A stretch of 64,000 nucleotides of DNA from Dicyema japonicum (taxonomy: Eukaryota; Animalia; Dicyemida). Of the stretch, positions 54,200 through 64,000 are shown piece after piece. The number at the start of each line of letters is the position of its first letter. Within the stretch, counting starts at the first letter, position 1. The stretch spans positions 206,324 through 270,323 of the forward strand of contig RDEW01000047.1 of assembly GCA_011109175.1 (NCBI GenBank). Direction: 5' to 3'. A model generated the notes under the pieces. That model was not told the origin of the DNA and searched no databases. It saw nothing but the letters and a program-made list of their open reading frames with translations. A program made the position numbers and the translations under genes.

Positions 54200-55770
54200 A
54201 TCAGGCCCCAACAAAAATGTATCGATCAATATTAGGGAACCAAAAAAAGTGGTAAAAACAAATCTTGCGTTATCTTCAAGTATCCAAAATGTTGAACGGT
54301 AAAGCCTATGTGAATACCCAAAGAAACTCAACGAGGATGTTTTTCTTTAGAACGGATCGGTTATTCACTGCGTTAGCAATCAAAACACCAAATAAATTTA
54401 TGGTTTTTTGAGAAACATTGAAAAACCCAGCAATGGTTTCTCGTGAATTCCTCCGAGAGGAGAATTGTGCTGGATATATCACCGTGGTAATATGACGCAG
54501 TTATTTGATTGAGTTTAGTTTATCAACCTTGGAGGATACAATTCATTTAGGGTGTACTTCCATATTCATCACTTAAAAGCATTCCCGGATTTCCCAAAAG
54601 CATTTTAGTTCTTGGGGGTTCCGATTATGTAGTATTTTTTACTATCCCTTCTGTTAGATTTTTCATACAATTTTTTTCTTGCACACTTCTGTAGTTCATT
54701 GAGGTCTTCCACTATTTTTATTGGTGAAGGCAATTACTCTTCCTAACTGCTCCTCTATGAAACCATGAACAAGTACCTTAAAAACTGTCTTAGATACGAG
54801 ATAACTACATGTCTCTTCTAGAGAGCCATTTAGGATTCTCCTACAGGTCGGATAAGACCTCCCGATGTCGGTCTGAAGTCACTTAGTTGAACACTTTTGT
54901 TCCTTTTAACCCAGTGATCCGAAGCAACATAATAACTATATTTGTGTCATGCAGAATGTTGGAGCCAGTGTTGTAAAAGAATAAATCAAAGGCGCAGCAG
55001 AAGTTAGTCAAGAATGTCAATTCTTTGCGCCCTTCTATGTGCTTCAATCAAACGTTCCCATCCCATGCGCACTAATACTCTGGCATTACAGTCACCTTGC
55101 AATGAAAAAAAGTGTAGAGGAATACAAACAACCAACGGTCCGGGAGACAACCACGTAGAATACATCCAGCTCTTCCGGATCCTCCAAAACACGATCACTA
55201 TACGTTGACGCTGGACATTAATCTCCGAGATCTTTTGATCTCCATTGAAGTTGAAAAACTTGATCTATTAATTAGAAATTCATTAACATGATCAATTGGC
55301 TAAATAATAATAAATTGGGAAGAAATAATTCAAAGTGAGGATATTGCCTATCCGTATATCCTGGATAACTTAGTGTTCTCATTCTTTACAAAGTACTTGG
55401 AAATCCTGAAAATACAATGTATTCGTTTATATTCAGGTTACCTGAGAACTGAGTACTGAACGGATTCAATAAAGTCCTCGAAACCTCAGAGTTATTAAAC
55501 TTTATCGAAGAGGAAGGGTTTCTTAATTGGCTTGAGGATAAATTGAGCCAAAAGGGAAAACAATTATTAACACTCCCAGTTATGTTTTGTTAATATACCT
55601 GAATAAATTGGATTTTTGTCGATTATTGGTTACTACTTTGTAGAGGACCTGTTAGTTACTTCCACGGACGCCGTCCTGGTAGCAGATGTCAGAAAGATTG
55701 ACAAACTTTTCAGACGGAGATAACTTAGATAAGCTATGTGAAATGCTCGAACTAAGAAAATATGTATAAT
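54200..55770 (+). CDS. Candidate unidentified spliced gene (structure unresolved)
   Basis: Protein-like segments (NWEEIIQSEDIAYPYILDNL; LNGFNKVLETSELLNFIEEEGFLNWLEDKL) separated by ~21-nt GT-AG candidates; I could not build one stop-free model. Confidence 0.3.
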
Positions 55771-55852
55771 GGCGGCCACCGAACGGGTTCAAAATAATAA
55801 GACTCTCCAACTCACTAAGACAAGAAAATACAAAAATTTGTATAACAAGAAA

Positions 55853-56651
55853 TTATATTAATTTAAAAATCAAGTCATTTAGAAAAATTCCTTGATCCCC
55901 AAATCTTGTGATAAGCTGCTTACGATTCCTTAGAGCAACTCCAGTTTGCGAACCAAGTTTGAAGGTAGAAAGAAAACATGTAACCTCCCTGAAATAAGGT
56001 CCAACATTATATATATGGTGAACAAGGTCCTCCATACACACAATATCATATTTTCCTTAAATTATCACAAATATCACCCAAATTATCGCTAATAACAGCA
56101 TTTTTCGTTATTGGTTGGTTGTCCTCCACCGAACTTCCTCTCTTATAAATAAGGTTCCTCACTGTGCCGAGAGAAGGAGATCCCCAGATAATATACGAGT
56201 TTACAATTTTCAGTAAAACTTCGACAGATCGGTTTTTCTTAATAAATATTCCTTCTAGGACGTCATTCAGTCGAAAAAGTTCTAGAATCTTGTTCACTCT
56301 GGACGGGCATTGAGTTTTACTAGACTAATGACGAATATTACTTTTTTAGACGAAGAACGAACACGACGGATTCAGTATCTGTCAGTTCTTCGTTTGCTCC
56401 TTTTTTTGCATCTCGGAAGAACTTTCTTTTCCCATTTTCCATGCAGTGATAATTTATATAGAAATTCCTAGCACGTTTTGTTGTGTCCCTCTTCTTTTCT
56501 CTTAATTTCTTCTGTTTTTCTAGACGAATAAGTTTATTTTGTTTTCTAGTCTCCTCTGTGTCTCTTCTCCTCTTTAGAACAATTTCTGGAACTGGCCTCG
56601 GTCTATTATTCCTAAAAGTAATTTTAAGTCACACAACTCAATATCAGTCAT
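55853..56651 (-). CDS. RPL7L1: uL30-family protein, probably ribosome-biogenesis RLP7/RPL7L1 rather than RPL7
   Basis: PRPVPEIVLKRRR, KILELFRL, YIIWGSPSLGTVRNLIYKRG, CMEDLVHHIY; too divergent for canonical RPL7; short introns. Confidence 0.75.
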
Positions 56652-56749
56652 CTAACGTGCTATATATATATTTAAATTTTTTATTAAAAATAGTAATTAT
56701 ATTTTTTTTATTTTTTATTTAATTAAATCTTTAATTAGAAATTAAAATT

Positions 56750-57050
56750 AACAGTTAAGGGAGACTCTTGGGACACGTCCTGAGGTTGGACCCGATATCC
56801 AACCCGAATATCGCAATGGAAGACTACTACTTTTCCTCCAATGTAAAACGCTTTTGTGGAAGATCGAGAACAACTTTCCCGATCGTTTTTTAAAGCGATC
56901 TGAAAGCCGTGACGAAAAAAATGACATCTGGTGATGATCTGAAACTGAGGGATCTGGTTAAGAGCAGAAGATCATGGAGCAAGCTAACTCTTTCTTTTAT
57001 ATTTTTTTCCTGCACATACGGGGCTATAAATATTAAAGCTCTCGATAACT
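56750..57050 (+). mobile_element. RTE-like LINE 3' fragment
   Basis: RLLGHVLRL, then CTGCACATACGGGGCTATAAATATTAAAGCTCTCG, a variant of the RTE/SINE 3' stem-loop. Confidence 0.75.
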
Positions 57051-57699
57051 ACCCTAAGAACAAAAAATTGTCCGTATAACTAATTTCTCTACTCACCGTT
57101 CCCTCCATTACTCGACAACGCAAGAATCCGAAACAATGGTTCTGGCTTCATCACTCTTTGTGGCTATAAATCCGATCGCTTCAGCGATAAAAGTCGCCAG
57201 TAAACTTAAATTGGGGGAAAACCAACACATCCCTAAATTCTCATAAAAAAGGAACGCCGTGGTTTTAGAAAAGGTGTGGATACTATGGAGGAGCAAAGCA
57301 AAAAAGTGCTCGAAATAATAATAAACTTAAATAGCATTTAACATTGCCAGTTGTGTTTCAAAAGGAACAAAAAACATAAAAACAACTCGAATCTGCCGAC
57401 GACATGGACTCATTGAGAGTCTTAGCAAATAACAGAGGAGCGTGAAATATTAAAATTTATTTTCCTCATATATATGTGGATCTATGAATATTATGGTGTT
57501 CATGAAAGTGTTGATGATAATAGAATCTAAAATACGAAGATTCTTGGGTGGCTTTGCAATATTTATATTCTATCCTTGTCTTCCCTCGGACATTCTGGAT
57601 CCAACCTCGATTTTGGTATCCTTAACGATCCTTCTCAATTATCTGACAGTCGTTGCGACTACATCCTGTCTTCCCTTGACGTTTTGATCAATATTAACT

Positions 57700-59220
57700 A
57701 CCCAGAAACCTATCTGAATTAAAGACAGTCTCACATCTCAGAATTTATCCTTATGCAGTTCATCATTTGCAGATTATCTTTCATGAATGTCAGATATGGT
57801 TTCTCAAGGCATCAAATTCATATTGTGTTGAGACCAAGGGTCATGTGGTCCACAACAAACGACATATACTATTTTCTTCACTCCCTACGACGTGGAAACG
57901 ACTATTAAATTTCTATGACCCATCCGAGCCTGTGCTCCGACGGTGTCTGTGCTATTCATGGCCAAAATGGAAGAGTCCGGATTGGAAAAATTACCTCAAA
58001 ATCAAGCCTACTCGCTATTAGGGTCCCACAAGGCTCTCATCTGTCTCCTATCTTATTTAACTTATTTCTACACGATTTACCTACTATCAATGATCAGGAC
58101 ACTGTCTTTATCTTACGCGGACGACCTGATTATCTCTGCAAGTGATAAATTTCTCTCCAGGACTGTGGCAGTGGTTCAGCCACACCTCAACCAGGTTTGT
58201 GACTGGCTATCCATGAATTTGCTGTCTGTGTCTAGATCCAAGTCTCAGTTCACCCTATTTACTATGGACAGAAGATTTAAAGGTGGACTTGAGATATTCC
58301 TCGGAAACATTCCCATCCCTTACACGCGAATCAAGAAGATCCTTGGAGTGACTTTCGACTCTCTTATGACGTTCTCCAGTCACATGGAGGAAGTGTTAAG
58401 CAAGGGTCTTCGAAAATGGAACGTCTTAAAAGCTATCATAAAGAAGATTCCCTTCCCTCCTACTATTTGTATCAGCAAAGTATATCTGCAAGTCATTGTG
58501 CCGACAGTTGAATATGCCTGTTCTTCCTAGAGATTCGCTATTCCTTCTACGATGGTCGAGCGTATGAACTCTCTCAGACGGAAGATCATGAGGCATATGC
58601 ATTCAGACTTCACATCCATCCCCAGTCTCCTTTCGGAAAAGGCGACGGTGAGAAATGGCCAGGGCTTCCTACGTATGTGTAAGGAGCTAGGAAATCCATT
58701 CAGAGAAAGGGTGGTTCATGCAGAGGAATTCAGATAAGCATTAAAAAGTGCATTCCGATAGAATTCCTTTGCAAAAATAAAAGAAGATACTTCAGGAAAG
58801 CAGGAACGCTGTTGGTTCACTGGCAGAGCTTCGAAGAGAATACGAAAGATGAAAAAAATGTCTCTGTGTGAAATGAATAGTTGAATCCTTTAGAACGCTG
58901 GCCAGCCATTTAGTAAGGTGGATCCAATGACGCCCTCAGAAATAAGGAAATTTTCAACTAATTATCCACATAATAAAATGTCACGGTAACAATAAACTGA
59001 CTAATCATGTGATGCCAGTACACTCTAGCAGAGACCTTTACTTGGCCGATACTACTCCCTCAACTCCACATAAGCACGTATCGGCTGAATAATTGGATCT
59101 TCGTAGTCACAACGGTACGTTCTTTGGATCTTACGGAGGGCGATGAAAAGAAGCGGGATTACCTAATTAGTCTGAATACTATTACTTATTTATAGGTATT
59201 TCCTATGGTCCATGTTTTAT
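57700..59220 (+). mobile_element. Decayed family-B LINE (RT and C-terminus)
   Basis: RVPQGSHLSP, SYADD, KILGVTFD; ends SGIT* followed by TAATTAG. Confidence 0.85.
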
Positions 59221-59289
59221 ATTTTACATTTCAAAAATGTAAAAGAATCAGTTTTTCTTCTGTTTTTGTTGCCTGAACTATCAAATATA

Positions 59290-59520
59290 AGTTCACCTAA
59301 AATCACGGAGTCAAGATCATGACAAAGCATGTGCAACATGAAAACTTAACAATCTAATTAACGTCCCCCATCTTTTTCGATCCGTTGCCATTTTCCGTAG
59401 TGTATCCTGAGATCTTCATCTAGAATAACCGGCAGTGTTGTCCTCGGCCGGCCGCGGAAACGAGAAGCTTCTAAGACAAAATACTCCTCCATTGCTATGT
59501 TGGAGGGGTCCCCATATCGT
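59290..59520 (-). mobile_element. RTE-like LINE 3' fragment
   Basis: LWTHTPPRYG...SRFRGRPRTTLPVILDEDL. Confidence 0.7.
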
Positions 59521-59826
59521 GGCGGAGTATGTGTCCAAAGTAGTTAATAAAGTTTTTATTATTGAAATCCCTCCAATAAGAATTATATAGTTAATTAATT
59601 CTTGTTATAACATTAGTTTTAATTATTAAATATTTAATAATTACATAGTTTGTAGTTGTGATGAACCCTTCAATGCGTAGATTAATAAGAGACTTAACAT
59701 CCAAAGTAGTTAATAAAGTTTTTATTATTGAAATCCCTCCAATAAGAATTATATAGTTAATTAATTCTTGTTATAACATTAGTTTTAATTATTAAATATT
59801 TAATAATTACATAGTTTGTAGTTGTG

Positions 59827-60385
59827 ATGAACCCTTCAATGCGTAGATTAATAAGAGACTTAACAAAGTAATAACTGACTTTATATTACTAGAATGGAGA
59901 ATGAGGATAAATATGGGCTTAGTGCGACACCTACAGACGAAGACTTTTACGTTTGGGATGCTGTGATAGTGGGGTATTATAATATCTTAATAAAAGACCT
60001 GAGGACACCCCATATGCGAATGGAATATTCAAATTGAAGATGAACTTTACGCCGGAATACCCAAATAAGCCTCCAATTGTTAAGTTTGTTACTAAAATGT
60101 TTCACCCTAATAGTATTTATATTTAAAATTGTAGTTTATGCTAGTGGACATATTTGTTTAGACATACTAAATGAGAAATGGAGTCCTTCATATGACGTTG
60201 GTTCTATTTTAGCATCTATTCAATCACTCTTGGATGACCCATTTATTCAAAGTGCTGCTAACTTCCAGGCTGCTACTCTTTATACTAAAAATAAGAGAGA
60301 ATATGATAGGAAAGTTATGGATCTTATTGAAGCTAATGCTATGAGTGTTTCTGAGTTGGATAATAATGACCAACAAACTGACTAG
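59827..60385 (+). CDS. UBE2A: Ubiquitin-conjugating enzyme E2, Rad6 type
   Basis: [40 protein letters not shown] (catalytic Cys), WSPSYDV; introns of 25, 23 and 22 nt. Confidence 0.93.
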
Positions 60386-60494
60386 TCTTTTTAATAATAT
60401 TATTACAAGCAACCAATTTACTTCTTAATCATTTCACCCTTCATATGGCTAGCTAGGCTGGGAAATCATCACATATTTGTGTTATATCATCGCG

Positions 60495-60600
60495 GGTACG
60501 AGGGAGGAGCACCGGGAAAGAATGAGGATTTTGGCGGAGCGCATCGGGATCACGTGATAGTTAGTTTTGGATTTACCGTGGTCTTAGATGTTAAATAATA
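60495..60600 (+). mobile_element. ~105-bp 3' stub of family B
   Basis: Nearly identical to 32793-32897. Confidence 0.85.
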
Positions 60601-60639
60601 AATATACGTACCTTTTCCAATATGTAACCTCGCTCGAAT

Positions 60640-61200
60640 TCGATTTTCCACAATAAAGAAGATAATGTGATGGCCGTAGTATTAGTAGCTGTGTTTTCTT
60701 TGATTTAACATAATCCTACTTTTCTCAGACAATATCTCAATTCTTATAAAGTCTCGGAGGAATTGGAGAAGCATCCACTCATTTTTATGGGTAATGATAC
60801 AAGTCCATTTCTTGTCAGGTAAAGTCTTTGAGGCTTCAGTTAAATTCTATAGTGTACTAGGATCCCGCGAACGTTTTTGGTAGTTATGTCTATTACTTTG
60901 AACGAGTTACCAGAGTTCAATCAACGTTTTGTTTTTTCTATCCTCTAACATTCCAAGGTATCGATATCTACTCCATCAAGTAAACTATCTTCATATTCCT
61001 GCACAGACTTTTAATATGTCCGCTAAGGATACAGCTATGTCATTGTGGTCCTCAATTGTTGGCATGTCGTGTATTCAAGAGGGGATCTTTGTGGATCCTT
61101 ACTGGAAAGTGTGATCTTGAATTTGTTTCAGAATGGAACGGTAGGAAGACGGATCATCCTTCGATCATTGAGTTCTTCCAACTACTATGAAGTGTGTGGG
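60640..61200 (-). mobile_element. RLE-type RT remnant
   Basis: YRYLGMLED thumb motif and degenerate RT segments. Confidence 0.5.
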
Positions 61201-61759
61201 TATTGATAGAAACGTTATATAAATTTATTAACACGACGAGACCTTAGGAGCTTAAGTTGTATAACAAAGACACCGTCAGGACTACAGGCCGAGGTTGCAC
61301 ACAATGATTTAGTGGACTTACATCATGCCGATTAAAAAAATAGTTTCATTGGTTATTCACGAGTTTGCACATATTGTGAAGGACTAATAGTAATTATTCC
61401 GTTCTCCTTGTTCTTCAGGTCTTTACCCTCTTCAACATATGTCAGAAATTATAAAGGTGTCCAAACAGGCGACTTCATTCTTCGAATAATTTTTGAATTT
61501 TTCAAAAAAGCCGGTGAACGCAGATACGTCTTCATAGACATTCTAGTTTTTATGACTTGAGAAATCATATCGGATACTACATGAGATATAGTCTGCTAAA
61601 AATGAAATATCAAAAAAGCTGTTCCGCATTCCAGATGCAACATGGAAAGAATGAAAATATTACAAAGCGACCCCATTGAGTAAAGTAGAGAATATCAATG
61701 GTTATTTTTTGTGTGCATGACCACCACAGGTTAGGAAACCCTGAGATCTTTCGTATTTT

Positions 61760-62780
61760 ATATTATTATTTTAAAACCCCAAGACCACCAAGAAAGAAAG
61801 TATTAACTCACTAATTAAGTAATCTCAGCCTCCAACATCTCTCGAATGCTCCCCCAGTGATTCAACTACATTCCGGAAGTGTCTTCTTTTATATTTACAG
61901 AGGAATTCTATCCAAGTGAACTTTTTTATTGCCTATCTAAATTCCTCTGCATGGGCCACCTCTTTCCATGATGGGTTTCATAGCTCATTGCAGATACGTA
62001 GGAAACCCTGTCCATTTCTCAACGTCTCCACCTCTGAAAGAATACTAGGGATGGATATGGTATCTAATTGCATATGCCGCATGATCTTCCCCCTGAGAGT
62101 TCATACGCTATACCCTCGAAGAGGGAAGAACTATCGATAGATACCAGAGCCATCCGTAACTGCGTCTTCATGTTAAAGCTGTCTGTGATGAACTGGGAGA
62201 CAAAATTTAAATGCGTCGTTGTAGAACGGCCTGCTCTGAAGCCATGTTGAACATCGAAAAATTATAGAACAGGGGAGATTAACATTAATAAAAGCTTCTC
62301 CAAGACTTTTGACAAGACGCAAGTTATGGAGATAGGTAAGAGGATAGAATATCTTGATTTTCTATGCTTGAGAATTGGTTTAATCAGGGAATTTTTTATA
62401 TATTTGGTATTGCATGCGAATTGATTGTATAACCTCTATGTATAGCACTAACACCGTCAGGGCCACAGGCTCGAGTAAGGCGTAGAAAAATGATATTCTT
62501 GTCTTAATCATAGGGAGTGAAGAAGGCAGTATATGGAGGGGCGTGCTTTCTGCTGTTCGGGGAGAGTGTATGATAATGATGTCTCTTAAACTTAAAAATC
62601 GTGACAAAATAAATTATTTATTTAATAACCCCAAAAAAAAACACCAAGTAAGAAGGAGTAAACCAACTAATTAAGTGATCCCGGTACGCCTCAACAGGAT
62701 CGAGAAGTTTTTCCTATGTTCCTGAATAGACGACGGCTTTCCTGAATACCCACGGCTTTCCTGAATAGACGACGATCAGC
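61760..62780 (-). mobile_element. Two family-B LINE remnants
   Basis: Termini near 61770-61830 and 62615-62690 (the latter nearly identical to 23085-23190); RT C-terminal remnants between them. Confidence 0.75.
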
Positions 62781-62829
62781 TTTCACAAAATAAATTATAT
62801 TGTCATACATGAGAATAAATAAAAGATCA

Positions 62830-64000
62830 AATAATATTGAAGTGTATTATTATTTTATTTACTAAACAATAAATAAAAAGTCACTTACTTCCATGTCCAA
62901 TCGCTCCTTTGCTGTCAACAAAAGTCTGTACCACAGCTAATATCACTTCGCTTGTCAGGAATTTCTTTTCAATGCTGATGAAAGATGAACGTGACTGATT
63001 TGACATTCAAGACCTTTAATATGTGTTTATCTGTTTTAACTTTGAAAAATAACCTTCACGACAATAATTTGAGTAGCCAACTAATAAATGATATGCAATT
63101 CACAAAGTTAGAAAAACATCCAAGCCTGCTCAACTAATGAAGTATGAAAATCCTTCGCAGTTATGTTTCTACTCGGAAAAGACAGTCAACGATTTCTTAC
63201 TAGAGAGAAGATTAATTCACGTCAGTCACAAAAAGGTTAGCAAAATTCTGACCAGTGTCGTTTCAAGGTTTTCAAATGTTGTTTGTTTCAATTGAATTCA
63301 GCTTTACCAAGAATGAAAACTTGTCAACGAGCCTACAAATTTGTCATGACGTTCAGAAAGTTCGGCCTTCAGTCTGTTTGCGAATTTATTCATTATTCTT
63401 GTTAATTCATCAACTTAGGTCTTCGTCTTTTGTTCTCTCTCCAGGCATAATTTTCTTTCGCCTGACTCTTGCAAGGGGTACAATCCACTTCTAAAAGTAT
63501 TCTTATGCCGACCCGACTGCACTCAATGATGTATTCAGATTTAAGGTCAATGATTCTACTGAAGCCATCAAGGTCATCGCTTGCCCCAATTAAATCAATC
63601 TTGGGATTTTGTAAACGTTTGTCTGTACCAATGACAGAATAGGGAACCGAAAATTAAAAAAAGATAACGTAAATAGCTTAAAGGGGGAAAACAACATCAA
63701 CAATAAGTCGCCATTTCTTTTTTTCACTCAAAATATGCTCCTGGTGTTTTTAATCAATCGTGCATGATTTTTCAAATTTTCCTGCAAAATCCAAATATTC
63801 ACGCATTTCTGTGATCAGATTTCTTTCATCTTTATAAATACACACAAGAAATCAGAACAGAAGATTGCAGCAAGGAGAAATAACCGCAGGTTATGCTGTA
63901 CAAGCGTGATATCGTCGTCATAAAAGGAGAAACTCACTGACTGAGCTTCATTATGAATAGCGATAAGGGAATTCACGGCGAAGTTACAATCTGTATTAGA
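62830..64000 (-). mobile_element. hAT transposase pseudogene including the C-terminal dimerisation domain
   Basis: IAYHLL...CREGYFSKLKQINTY*RS*MS...FISIEK resembles hATC (ERSFSKLKLIKNYLRSTM...ISIE); multiple stops. Confidence 0.75.

Noticed and set aside
57838-57850. GTCATGTGGT resembling the family-B 5' hallmark
   Set aside because: Lies inside RT-coding sequence, not at an element end; likely chance.
63201-63225. AGAGAAGATTA resembling the U6 snRNA core
   Set aside because: Flanks do not continue the U6 sequence, and it lies inside the hAT pseudogene.

Overview
Eukaryotic nuclear DNA, AT-rich, with two assembly gaps (23476-24190 and 42598-42705). Islands of compact housekeeping genes sit in a dense background of decayed non-LTR retrotransposons. 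Recognisable genes: LIS1/PAFAH1B1, a classical calpain, SAP18, Polo-like kinase, a ZnT zinc transporter, eIF5, PSMB7, PPIE, an RPL7/RLP7-family gene and UBE2A/Rad6. There is also a large 12-aa tandem-repeat membrane protein and at least one unidentified spliced gene. Nearly all introns are 20-26 nt GT-AG, several apparently at ancestral animal positions. This suggests a highly reduced parasitic animal (dicyemid- or myxozoan-like); that is an inference, not a determination. Four LINE types are present: RTE-like, a single-ORF APE-RT family ('family B', I-group, possibly Ingi/Vingi-like), an RLE-type R4/NeSL-like family and CRE-like elements. There are also hAT-like and integrase remnants. The most interesting signal is a set of short non-autonomous retroposons not shown by the ORF track: (1) a tRNA-headed SINE whose 3' stem-loop and tail match the RTE LINE; (2) ~250-310 bp bipartite elements made of the 5' and 3' ends of family B, one with a perfect 10-bp TSD; (3) one copy where a tRNA-like A/B-box head appears to replace the family-B 5' hallmark. 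Many 100-300 bp tandem duplications look like assembly artefacts. All alignments were done by eye; no database searches were run.
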